From Halomicronema hongdechloris C2206 (GTDB lineage Bacteria; Cyanobacteriota; Cyanobacteriia; Phormidesmidales; Phormidesmidaceae): a DNA stretch of 32,000 bases. Each line of letters begins with the position of its first letter. Position 1 is the first letter of the stretch. Shown piece after piece: positions 8,770 through 17,907 of this stretch. The notes beneath the pieces were generated by a model that saw only the letters and a list, made by a program, of their open reading frames with translations, was not told the origin of the DNA and searched no databases. Location: the NCBI RefSeq assembly GCF_002075285.3, contig NZ_CP021983.2, forward strand, positions 900,001 through 932,000, read 5' to 3'. Made by a program: the position numbers and the translations under genes.

Positions 8770-8991
8770 ATGGCCGCAAAATTAAAGCGTGGTGATCTCG
8801 TGCGGGCTGTCCGCGAAAAATTAGAGAATAGTCTCGAGGCTCAAGCTAGCGACTCCCGATTTCCTCCCTATCTGTTTGAGACTCGAGGAGAAATTCTCGA
8901 AACTCGAGATGACTATGCCCTGGTGAAGTTTGGTCGTGTACCCACCCCTAGTATCTGGTTGCGACTAGACCAATTAGAGAAGTTTGAGTGA
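8770..8991 (+). CDS. ndhO: NAD(P)H-quinone oxidoreductase (NDH-1) subunit O
   Basis: The 73-aa protein carries [34 protein letters not shown]...[23 protein letters not shown]. From memory this matches cyanobacterial NdhO, and mutM-ndhO adjacency also occurs in Synechocystis. Confidence 0.82.
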   Translation: MAAKLKRGDLVRAVREKLENSLEAQASDSRFPPYLFETRGEILETRDDYALVKFGRVPTPSIWLRLDQLEKFE

Positions 8992-9000
8992 GCACTTCCC

Positions 9001-9966
9001 ATGGCAGCCTTTGTCCATCCCCCCTTCTGCCAACTCAGCCAGGTGACGATTATCGGTGCAGGCAACGTAGGCAGTACCTTAGCGCAACGGGTGCTGGAGC
9101 GGAATTTAGCCGATGTAATACTGCTTGACATCGTAGAAGGGCGTCCCCAAGGCATTGCCCTCGATTTGATGGAAGCTAGAGGGGCTGAAGGGCATAACCG
9201 CACGATTGTCGGCAGCAACTGCTACGAAGACACCGCTCAGTCAGACATTGTGGTGGTTACAGCAGGACTACCCCGGAAACCCGGTATGAGTCGTGATGAC
9301 CTGCTCCAGGTCAACGGCAAGATTGTCATCGATATCATGCAGCAGGCGATGAAATATTCCCCCTATGCCTGCTACATCATCGTCACCAATCCCCTAGATG
9401 CCATGACTTACTTGGCATTGAAAGTCAGTGGGCTGCCAGCCAACCACATTATGGGCATGGCTGGGGTCCTGGACTCTGCTCGGTTTCAAACATTCATTGC
9501 GATGGAGTTGGGAGTTCCTCCCAGTGATGTCTCTGCCTTGGTTTTGGGGGGACATGGCGATCTGATGGTGCCACTGCCCCAGTACTCTACCGTAGGCGGC
9601 ATTCCAGTGACTGAGCTGCTAGAGGCAGCTATTCTAAATCGGTTAATTGAGCGGACCCGCAATGGTGGTGCTGAGATTGTCCAGTTATTGAAACGGGGTG
9701 GAGCCTACTATGCGCCAGCCTCGGCCATTGGTGTCATGATCGAAGCTATTTTGTATAATCAATCACGCATTCTACCAGTAGCGGCCTATCTAGATGGCGA
9801 GTATCAACTGCAGGACGTGTATTTAGGAGTTCCCTGTCGTCTCGGTGGGCAAGGAGTTGAGGAAATCGTATCGTTGCCCTTGAGGGATGAACAACTGACT
9901 GCCCTGCATCGCTCCGCAGCGGCGGTTAAACAGAGCATCGAGAAAGCAATTGCCTTAATACCCTAA
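9001..9966 (+). CDS. mdh: Malate dehydrogenase, LDH-like (type 3) family
   Basis: Rossmann motif IIGAGNVGSTLA, plus GLPRKPGMSRDDL, VTNPLD and GGHGD motifs. The length (321 aa) is typical. Confidence 0.93.
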   Translation: MAAFVHPPFCQLSQVTIIGAGNVGSTLAQRVLERNLADVILLDIVEGRPQGIALDLMEARGAEGHNRTIVGSNCYEDTAQSDIVVVTAGLPRKPGMSRDDLLQVNGKIVIDIMQQAMKYSPYACYIIVTNPLDAMTYLALKVSGLPANHIMGMAGVLDSARFQTFIAMELGVPPSDVSALVLGGHGDLMVPLPQYSTVGGIPVTELLEAAILNRLIERTRNGGAEIVQLLKRGGAYYAPASAIGVMIEAILYNQSRILPVAAYLDGEYQLQDVYLGVPCRLGGQGVEEIVSLPLRDEQLTALHRSAAAVKQSIEKAIALIP

Positions 9967-10137
9967 GAGGTGCTGGCAACCCCAGAGAACTGACTGATAC
10001 TCTGAGCGCCTGCTTACATGAGCAGGGGGACGATTGTCATCATTCATTGTGAGTTAGCCCCTGACCAGCAATGGTTACGCCTAATCGTGTCTATCTCCTG
10101 ACAGCTTCGCCATACTCAAGCTAACTCTAGGGCGATT

Positions 10138-10410
10138 GTGTCATTGCTTACCGCTATGGATTTTGGTCGCGATTTAGGCAATGGCAAACTGGCTCTCCTA
10201 AGAGGAGAGGTTATTAAATTCATAGACCTGAGAGATATCAATAATTGTATTGATAAGCAACTTGTAAATTGCCTAGGTAGTTGTCAGAGCGAGGTTTTCG
10301 GACACACTGCGAACAGCCATGCAAGATCGCTAAAAGCCTTGACAGAACTCGTCTTGAAGGGTTTTCAAGATTCCTTTTCAAATAAACTTTTAGAACATGA
10401 TGGTTGGTAA
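10138..10410 (+). CDS. Doubtful hypothetical ORF (90 aa) in an AT-rich spacer
   Basis: This is an ORF only, with a GTG start, no recognisable motif and about 39% G+C by hand count. It may be a remnant rather than a gene. Confidence 0.2.
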   Translation: MSLLTAMDFGRDLGNGKLALLRGEVIKFIDLRDINNCIDKQLVNCLGSCQSEVFGHTANSHARSLKALTELVLKGFQDSFSNKLLEHDGW

Positions 10411-11123
10411 ATCAACTTTGATTAAATCTAGTGATAGACAGGCAATTGATAGGCTACCCGATGCCAAGAGAGTAAGGAAGGTTCGAGAATTGCCAACATT
10501 TGATGACATCATTGTGGTCAACCATTCCCATCCTCCTCCTCCCTGTCCCTAGAAAGTTAAGAAAAACGATAGTATGCCCTGTCCCATAGGCCAGTCCTTT
10601 AGGATATAGAAGGGATCGAATTTGGGATCTACAAACTTTAGAGGAGCGTGACGAGCACTTCAATTTCATTCATCGGATGTGCGCCCTCTACCCTGGCTGT
10701 TGGAGAAAGCTGGTTAGAAAGGACTCAACCATGAGCAATTTTCCACCTGAGCTCTAATTTTTACAGCGTTGATTGCCAAAATCCTTTGTACATCATTCTT
10801 GCACGTTTTCGTAAACGCATTGTGTACGACTACTATGACGGTTATTTGATGTCAAGTCTTGATTGGTTCTCACCCGCCCTAAAGTTAGTTGTGGGCTTCT
10901 ATATCCGTGGGTAGAACCATTGAATAACACGATTAATAGCATGTGAGTCGGCCACATCATTCAGAGAATTGTCACCATCAAGAATGCCTCCCAAAAGCAC
11001 TCCGCTATCGTCAGCTCCATGATAATTTCCCCGTAGATGATCTCGTCAAACGTTCAGCGAAGCCATTAAGTTCCCTGAGTCCATAAATTCTCCTAACTAA
11101 GACTAGCCTTAGTAGAGGAAGTT

Positions 11124-11235
11124 TGGGAGGGGATGAGACGAAAAAGACACCTCAACGGCTCGAGGTTAATGCTTCAGATATTGAGCTTAGCCGAAGTTCG
11201 GTTGAAGCTGGTTGCTTTTTCTCATACCCCTCCTA
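11124..11235 (+). promoter_or_regulatory. Structured inverted-repeat element in the adhE upstream region (candidate leader RNA structure or MITE-like element)
   Basis: The 5' arm TGGGAGGGGATGAGACGAAAAAG (11124-11146) pairs with the 3' arm CTTTTTCTCATACCCCTCCTA (11215-11235) over about 19-20 bp with two bulges. The arms enclose hairpins ACCTC/GAGGT (11149-11166) and GCTTCA/TGAAGC (11171-11208). The element ends 80 nt before the adhE ATG. Confidence 0.5.
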
Positions 11236-11314
11236 GGTTCAGAGAGAGAATTAGTTCACTGATGGTTGAGTCATCACTCACGCATGTTATCCGTCGCACC
11301 TAAGGGTTTCTCCA

Positions 11315-13999
11315 ATGACAGCTACCAGCAACATCACATCTGTCACCAATTTCGAAGAGTTAGAGGGTTTGATCCGACGGGTCAAAGCTGCTCAAAAACA
11401 GTATGCCACCTTCACTCAAAAATCAGTCGATCATATTTTCAAGAAAGCGGCATTGGCTGCCAATGCCGCTCGAATTCCCTTGGCTAAGCTAGCTGTCTCA
11501 GAGACCGGTATGGGTGTCATTGAAGACAAAGTGATCAAGAATCACTTCGCCTCGGAGTACATCTATAACAAGTACAAGCATGAGAAAACCTGTGGCATTA
11601 TCGAAGACGATATTTCCTTTGGGTTTCAGAAGTTAGCAGAACCTGTAGGGCTGTTAGCTGGAATCGTCCCGACTACCAACCCTACCTCTACAGCTATCTT
11701 CAAGGCGCTCTTAACCCTCAAGACTCGCAATGGCATTATTTTCTCTCCCCATCCCCGGGCCAAAGACTGCACCATCGCCGCTGCCAAGATCGTTCTAGAG
11801 GCAGCTGTAGAGGCCGGTGCCCCAACCGACATTATCGGCTGGATTGACGCCCCCTCGGTCCCCCTGTCCCAGGCTTTGATGCAGCATCAAGATATCAACC
11901 TGATTTTGGCCACTGGTGGTCCAAGTATGGTGCGGGCTGCCTATTCGTCTGGAAACCCATCCTTAGGAGTAGGGGCCGGGAATACGCCAGCTTTGATTGA
12001 TGAGACTGCCCATCTGAAGATGGCTGTTTCCTCCATCCTACTGAGCAAGACCTTTGATAACGGCATGATCTGCGCCAGTGAGCAATCAGTGGTTGTCGTT
12101 GATGCCGTGTATGAACAGGTGAAGCAGGAATTTACCGACCGGGGAGCCCACTTCCTCAGCTCGGAGGAAACGGAGCAAATGCGGCAGGTGATTCTCAAGC
12201 AGGGGCGTCTCAACGCCGAGATTGTTGGTCAGCCTGTGCTCAAACTAGCTCAGTTGGCCGGGATCAGGATTCCTGAGTCTACCCGGGTCCTAATTGGTGA
12301 AGTCAACACCATTAGTCACGATGAGCCTTTTGCCTACGAAAAGCTATCTCCCATCCTAGCCATGTACCGGGGCAATGACTTCGCCGATGCCCTGCGCCAA
12401 GCCCAAGCCCTGATTGCCTTCGGCGGACGGGGGCACACGGCAGTCCTCTACACCGCTCCTAGTAATCGAGACCACATTCAGCAATTTGAAAACACCGTCG
12501 AGACCGCCCGAGTTCTGATCAATACTCCCTCTTCCCAAGGGGCCATTGGTGATCTCTATAACTTCCGCCTAGATCCGTCTCTCACCTTAGGCTGTGGTAC
12601 CTGGGGAGGTAACTCCGTCAGCGAAAATGTGGGGGTTCAGCACCTGTTAAACATTAAGACGGTCACGGAGCGGCGGGAAAATATGCTATGGTTCCGCATT
12701 CCTCCTAAGGTGTACTTTAAATACGGCTGTTTACCCTCGGCCCTGAAGGAATTGGTTGGTAAGCAGCGGGCCTTTATCGTCACCGATAAACCTTTGTATG
12801 AAATGGGCCTCACTAAGGGGGTTGAAGAGGTCTTAGACGAGATTGGCGTCAGGTTTGACGTGTTCTACGATGTGGAGCCGGATCCGTGCCTGGCTACGGT
12901 GAACCGGGGATTGGCGCTGATGAATAGCTTTAATCCTGATGTCATCATCGCCTTTGGCGGCGGATCTCCCATGGATGCCGCTAAGGTGATGTGGTTGATG
13001 TACGAGCATCCAGAGATTGAGTTTGAGGGATTGGCCACTCGTTTCATGGATATTCGTAAGCGGGTCTATGAACTGCCTACCCTTGGCCAAAAGGCCTTGA
13101 TGGTGGCAATTCCTACCACCTCGGGCACCGGTTCAGAAGTAACGCCTTTTGCAGTCGTGACCGATGAAAGCACCGGCATCAAATATCCCCTGGCGGACTA
13201 CGCCCTGACGCCCAATATGGCCATTGTTGATCCAGAGCTAGTGCTGCACATGCCGAAGCAGCTGACAGCCTATGGGGGGATCGACGCCCTTACCCATGCG
13301 CTGGAAGCCTATGTATCGGTATATGCCTCGGAGTATACCAATGGTTTGGCCTTGGAGGCCATTCGGCTACTGCTGAAGTATCTGCCCAGTGCGTATCAAC
13401 AGGGAGCGAATGATCCGAAGGCTCGGGAGAAGGTACATTATGCCGCCACCATGGCTGGGATGGCCTTTGCCAATGCCTTTCTAGGCGTGTGTCACTCGAT
13501 GGCCCATAAGTTGGGGGCCACCTTCCATGTTCCCCACGGACTGGCCAATGCCTTGATGATTTCCCATGTCATCCGCTATAACGCCACGGATATGCCTTTT
13601 AAGCAGGCAATCTTCCCGCAGTACAAGTATCCCAATGCTAAGTGGCGCTATGCCCGGATCTCCGATTATTTGAATCTTGGCGGTGATTCTGAGGAGGAGA
13701 AGGTTGAGAAGCTGGTGGAGGCAATTGAGACCCTGAAGAGTCAGCTCGATATTCCCTTGACCATTCGGGAAGTGCTCAATGATGACGAAAAGGCATTCTA
13801 CGACCACGTAGAAGAAATGGCTGATCAGGCCTTTGATGACCAGTGTACCGGGGCGAATCCCCGCTACCCATTGATTCGGGACCTGAAAGAGCTATATACC
13901 CTGGCCTATCGCGGTTGTCGCTTAGATGCCGCCCTGTTCCATCCGGAGACAACGACGATGTTAGGCCAGGACTCTCCTACGACTCCGGTGTTGACTTAA
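11315..13999 (+). CDS. adhE: Bifunctional acetaldehyde-CoA / alcohol dehydrogenase (AdhE)
   Basis: 894 aa. The N-terminal ALDH domain has the catalytic-Cys context DNGMICASEQS. The C-terminal iron-type ADH domain has GGGSPMDAAK and the His cluster CHSMAHKLG...HVPHG. Confidence 0.96.
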   Translation: MTATSNITSVTNFEELEGLIRRVKAAQKQYATFTQKSVDHIFKKAALAANAARIPLAKLAVSETGMGVIEDKVIKNHFASEYIYNKYKHEKTCGIIEDDISFGFQKLAEPVGLLAGIVPTTNPTSTAIFKALLTLKTRNGIIFSPHPRAKDCTIAAAKIVLEAAVEAGAPTDIIGWIDAPSVPLSQALMQHQDINLILATGGPSMVRAAYSSGNPSLGVGAGNTPALIDETAHLKMAVSSILLSKTFDNGMICASEQSVVVVDAVYEQVKQEFTDRGAHFLSSEETEQMRQVILKQGRLNAEIVGQPVLKLAQLAGIRIPESTRVLIGEVNTISHDEPFAYEKLSPILAMYRGNDFADALRQAQALIAFGGRGHTAVLYTAPSNRDHIQQFENTVETARVLINTPSSQGAIGDLYNFRLDPSLTLGCGTWGGNSVSENVGVQHLLNIKTVTERRENMLWFRIPPKVYFKYGCLPSALKELVGKQRAFIVTDKPLYEMGLTKGVEEVLDEIGVRFDVFYDVEPDPCLATVNRGLALMNSFNPDVIIAFGGGSPMDAAKVMWLMYEHPEIEFEGLATRFMDIRKRVYELPTLGQKALMVAIPTTSGTGSEVTPFAVVTDESTGIKYPLADYALTPNMAIVDPELVLHMPKQLTAYGGIDALTHALEAYVSVYASEYTNGLALEAIRLLLKYLPSAYQQGANDPKAREKVHYAATMAGMAFANAFLGVCHSMAHKLGATFHVPHGLANALMISHVIRYNATDMPFKQAIFPQYKYPNAKWRYARISDYLNLGGDSEEEKVEKLVEAIETLKSQLDIPLTIREVLNDDEKAFYDHVEEMADQAFDDQCTGANPRYPLIRDLKELYTLAYRGCRLDAALFHPETTTMLGQDSPTTPVLT

Positions 14000-14080
14000 C
14001 TGTACCGAAGCTGCCAAGGTGTCGTCTGACGAACAGAGGGCGCCTTGGTCTACCACACGACAAGCTAATAAGGAGATCCG

Positions 14081-16606
14081 ATGATGGTGCTCTCTAATCG
14101 ACCTCAAGGCAGTTCTTCTCCGGCTCGCTCCAAGGACACCTCGTTTGTGCTCTGGTTTGAGGAGGTTGGCATTGGAGACATTCCCCTGGTGGGCGGTAAG
14201 AATGCCTCTTTAGGGGAAATGATTCAGCAGCTCAGCGCTAAGGGAGTGAATGTGCCTACAGGCTTTGCCACCACAGCCTATGCCTATCGTTACTTTGTTG
14301 AGAACGCCGGCTTAGAGGATCAACTCCGGAATCTATTTGCCGATCTAGATCTGGATGATGTTACTAACCTACGGGAACGGGGCAAGCAAGCTCGGGCCTT
14401 GGTAATGAATACGCCATTTCCGCCGGAGTTGCAGGCTGCTATCAGTAGCGCCTATCTGCGGCTCTGTGAGCGCTATGGAGCGGATGCAGAGTTTTGCGAT
14501 CGCTTCTCGGGTGAATTTGCCGATGAATGTCAGAAGTTCGGCAAAGAGCTGGATGTGGCCGTGCGCTCCTCAGCTACTGCCGAAGACCTGCCCGACGCCA
14601 GCTTCGCTGGCCAGCAAGAGACTTATCTCAATGTCCACGGCGTCAAGGCTGTCCTAGAAGCCTGCCATAAATGCTTTGCCTCCCTGTTTACCGACCGGGC
14701 GATTTCCTATCGGCACCAGTATGCCGAACGCATCGATGACTTTGACGAGTTTTCTGTGGCCCTCTCTGTCGGGGTGCAAAAGATGGTGCGCTCTGATTTA
14801 GCCGCCTCTGGAGTCATGTTTTCCATCGACACCGAAACCGGCTTTAAGAATGCCGCTCTGATTACCGCAGCCTACGGTTTGGGCGAAAACGTCGTACAAG
14901 GGGCCGTCAATCCAGATGAATACTTCGTCTTCAAACCTACTCTGAAAGACGGCAAACGACCGATTCTCAACAAGCGGCTGGGCAGCAAAGAGATCAAGAT
15001 GGTCTACGACGTAGGCGGTGGTAAGCAAACCAAGAATGTACCGGTTGCCGTCCCTGATCGTAAGAAGTTCTGTATCAGCGATGATCAGGTGCTTACCCTA
15101 GCAAAATGGGCCTGCATCATCGAAGACCACTACAGCGCCAAACGGGGCAAGGATACCCCCATGGACATTGAGTGGGCCAAAGACGGCATCACCGGTGACC
15201 TATTCATCGTCCAAGCTCGACCGGAAACGGTACAGTCTCAGAAAGCCGGCAATGTCATCAAACACTATCAGCTCAATGGCACTGGCGATGTGCTGACTAC
15301 GGGCCGGGCCGTTGGTGAGATGATCGGGGCTGGCAGAGCTCGGGTGATCATGGATGTCCATCGCATTGCCGAATTTCAGGATGGAGAAGTGCTGGTCACC
15401 AATAAGACGGACCCCGACTGGGAGCCGATCATGAAAAAATCTAGCGCCATCGTCACCAACCAAGGGGGGCGGACTTGTCATGCCGCCATTATTGCTCGAG
15501 AAATGGGGATCCCCGCTATTGTCGGCTGTGGCGATGCCACCGAGGTGCTGCAGACCGGCCAGGAGGTAACGGTGTCTTGCGCGGAAGGAGAAGAAGGTCG
15601 GGTCTATGGCGGGCGAGTTCCCTTCGATATCCAGGAAACTCAGCTGGATAATCTGCCTCGCACTCGCACCCGCATCCTGATGAATGTCGGCAATCCTGAG
15701 GAGGCCTTTAGCCTGGCCACAATCCCTTGCGACGGCGTCGGTCTGGCTCGCTTAGAGTTCATCATTGCCAATCACATCAAAGCTCACCCGCTAGCGTTGA
15801 TGCATTTCGATGAGTTGGAGGACAAGGCGGCCAAGTGGGAAATTTCCCAACTCACGGCCAATTACGACAATAAGCCCGAGTTCTTCGTGGACAAACTGGC
15901 TACAGGAGTCGGTATGATCGCGGCGGCTTTTTATCCTAACCCAGTCGTCGTGCGGATGTCGGATTTCAAGAGTAATGAGTACGCTAACTTGCTGGGGGGA
16001 CGGGAGTTTGAACCGAAGGAAGAAAACCCGATGATCGGCTGGCGCGGTGCCTCTCGCTACTATGATCCCAACTACACCGCTGCCTTTGGATTGGAATGCA
16101 CCGCCATTAAGCGAGTACGTGATGACATGGGGATGACCAATGTCATCCCCATGATTCCCTTCTGCCGTACCCCCGATGAGGGCCGTAAGGTGCTGGACAC
16201 CATGGCGACGTATGGATTGAGGAAGGGGGAAAATGGCCTACAGGTCTATGTCATGTGCGAGATTCCCAGCAATGTGATTCTGGCGGATCAGTTTAGTCAG
16301 GTCTTCGATGGCTTCTCAATTGGCTCTAATGACTTGACCCAACTCACCCTGGGATTGGACCGAGATTCGGCTCTGGTGGCTCATATCTTCGATGAGCGCA
16401 ATGATGGGGTGAAAGAAATGGTACGCCAAGTGATCACTAAGGCCAAGGGCAATGATCGCAAGATCGGCATCTGTGGTCAGGCACCTAGTGATTATCCTGA
16501 GTTTGCTGCCTTCTTGGTGGAACTGGGGATTGATTCCATCAGCCTCAACCCGGATACTGTGTTGAAGACGATGCTGGAGATTGCTAAGACCGAAGGCATT
16601 GGTTGA
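14081..16606 (+). CDS. ppsA: Phosphoenolpyruvate synthase (pyruvate, water dikinase)
   Basis: GGKNASLGEM ATP-grasp N-terminus, SSATAEDLPDASFAGQQETYLNV, phosphohistidine motif GGRTCHAAIIARE, and PEP-utilising C-terminus with GICGQAPSD. AAGGAG lies 6 nt before the ATGATG. By memory it is collinear with E. coli PpsA except for a short Cys-containing insertion near residue 130-150. Confidence 0.96.
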   Translation: MMVLSNRPQGSSSPARSKDTSFVLWFEEVGIGDIPLVGGKNASLGEMIQQLSAKGVNVPTGFATTAYAYRYFVENAGLEDQLRNLFADLDLDDVTNLRERGKQARALVMNTPFPPELQAAISSAYLRLCERYGADAEFCDRFSGEFADECQKFGKELDVAVRSSATAEDLPDASFAGQQETYLNVHGVKAVLEACHKCFASLFTDRAISYRHQYAERIDDFDEFSVALSVGVQKMVRSDLAASGVMFSIDTETGFKNAALITAAYGLGENVVQGAVNPDEYFVFKPTLKDGKRPILNKRLGSKEIKMVYDVGGGKQTKNVPVAVPDRKKFCISDDQVLTLAKWACIIEDHYSAKRGKDTPMDIEWAKDGITGDLFIVQARPETVQSQKAGNVIKHYQLNGTGDVLTTGRAVGEMIGAGRARVIMDVHRIAEFQDGEVLVTNKTDPDWEPIMKKSSAIVTNQGGRTCHAAIIAREMGIPAIVGCGDATEVLQTGQEVTVSCAEGEEGRVYGGRVPFDIQETQLDNLPRTRTRILMNVGNPEEAFSLATIPCDGVGLARLEFIIANHIKAHPLALMHFDELEDKAAKWEISQLTANYDNKPEFFVDKLATGVGMIAAAFYPNPVVVRMSDFKSNEYANLLGGREFEPKEENPMIGWRGASRYYDPNYTAAFGLECTAIKRVRDDMGMTNVIPMIPFCRTPDEGRKVLDTMATYGLRKGENGLQVYVMCEIPSNVILADQFSQVFDGFSIGSNDLTQLTLGLDRDSALVAHIFDERNDGVKEMVRQVITKAKGNDRKIGICGQAPSDYPEFAAFLVELGIDSISLNPDTVLKTMLEIAKTEGIG
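14496..14503. repeat. HIP1 palindrome GCGATCGC
   Basis: Exact match read from the sequence. Confidence 0.95.
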
Positions 16607-17037
16607 CTCAATGCCTGTCTGGGGGTGTCCCCTCCATAGAGGACTTGAGTATTGAAGGGCGCTATCCCTCCCATGGACGGCGTCCTTTCCTGTTAGGTGG
16701 CTGACGCATTGAGCGGTTGCAGGTGCTGTTCGAACAGCCTTCTGCTTGCAAAGAGTATCAAGTGACTGGAGTTCAAGATTCGGTGAGCTTGGCCTAACTG
16801 GGCTTTACGTATATTAATGTAAACTAAATATAACCATTATATAAAGTTGTGTTAATTTTGCTTGACTACTAGATGTCGCTGCCAAGTTGACCAAGGCTCA
16901 ATATTCCTATGCCTCAGTGACCATTGGCGCCAACAGTAACCAGTGCTGTGAGCTCGACAATGACAGGAAGCAAAATCCTGCGGCATCTTTGACCATCACA
17001 TCCTGGCAAATTTACAGATCCAAGCTCGTAAATAGCC

Positions 17038-17904
17038 TTACGACTGACTCAAAAGAAACGATCTAGTGATGGTCAGATAGGTCTCAGGATCCTCTAACAT
17101 CGGAAAATGAGCTGTTTTAGGCATCATTACATAGTCAATGTAGCCAGGATTTAAAGCAGCTGCCTGCCGACCCATTTCAGCCGGCGTAATCTGATCAAAC
17201 TCCCCTGATATCAGCAAGGTTGGCACTGTAATCTGCTGAAACTGTAGTGGCATCACCTCAGTGGCCTTCTTGCTCACCGAGGTAAAAATAGTGCCTAGGG
17301 CCGTATCATAATCGGCCCGCAAAAAGTCTTGTAGAAAGGCCAAGCGTTCTACCGATGGAATTGGGCGGTGTAAGAAGCGAGCCATAAACAACCGCGGCAT
17401 CAAGGGAATCCGGGCTAACCAGGTAGGGCGAAATGCCACTACATAGCCACCAAACCGGTAAAACGCTGCAAAAGCCTTTTCGTCATACTCAAATACTCCG
17501 TTACAGGTGAGTACGCCCCGTTCAACCCGATTGCTGTAGCGATTCAAAAAAAATACCGCCACCGAAGCCCCCATAGAGTGGGCCATGAGATAAACCCGCC
17601 CTAGTTGCAACTGATTCAATAGGGTAGCTAAATCATCAGCAAAGGTGTCTAATTCGTAGCCTTGGGCAGCTGTAATCGGACCTGGCTCTGAAGTCGGCTG
17701 AGAACGGCCAAAGCCACGCATATCGTAGAGCAAACACCGAAAATCAGATGCCAAGGCCTGAGCTATCTGCTGCCAATACCGAGCCGACCCCGCCCAACCA
17801 TGAATGAAGACTAGGACAGGTTTCTCAGAGACACTATTTCCTGATGCAGACCCTCCTACCCACTCATAAAAGTGGTCAATCCCATTGACCGTCAAGTAAG
17901 GCAT
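17038..17904 (-). CDS. Alpha/beta-fold hydrolase
   Basis: HGWAGS oxyanion region, nucleophile elbow AHSMGAS, and a C-terminal His in TAHFPMLEDP. The start codon is 3 nt downstream of the clpX stop. Confidence 0.85.
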   Translation of the reverse strand: MPYLTVNGIDHFYEWVGGSASGNSVSEKPVLVFIHGWAGSARYWQQIAQALASDFRCLLYDMRGFGRSQPTSEPGPITAAQGYELDTFADDLATLLNQLQLGRVYLMAHSMGASVAVFFLNRYSNRVERGVLTCNGVFEYDEKAFAAFYRFGGYVVAFRPTWLARIPLMPRLFMARFLHRPIPSVERLAFLQDFLRADYDTALGTIFTSVSKKATEVMPLQFQQITVPTLLISGEFDQITPAEMGRQAAALNPGYIDYVMMPKTAHFPMLEDPETYLTITRSFLLSQS

Positions 17905-17907
17905 AAC

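Noticed and set aside
8913-9218. 101-aa minus-strand ORF spanning the ndhO-mdh junction
   Set aside because: It is antisense to two well-supported genes and crosses their intergenic gap, so it is a shadow ORF.
10470-10500. GGTTCGAGAAT T-loop-like motif checked as a possible tRNA
   Set aside because: The flanking bases do not form a T-arm stem or an acceptor stem. The other GTTCGA/GTTCAA hits (6089, 16738, 16771) also fail. No tRNA is supported anywhere in the window.
10454-10669. 71-aa minus-strand ORF in the AT-rich spacer
   Set aside because: It has no motif and no SD, and it sits in a region that looks like decayed sequence. I treat it as part of the possible pseudogene remnant rather than a gene.
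13481-13807. 108-aa minus-strand ORF inside adhE, together with the other antisense ORFs in adhE and ppsA from the track
   Set aside because: These are shadow ORFs antisense to long genes that are strongly supported by motifs.
16725-16738. Perfect 14-bp palindrome GCTGTTCGAACAGC downstream of ppsA
   Set aside because: About two perfect 14-bp palindromes are expected by chance in 32 kb (32000/4^7). It is not positioned near a promoter, so there is no support for an operator role.
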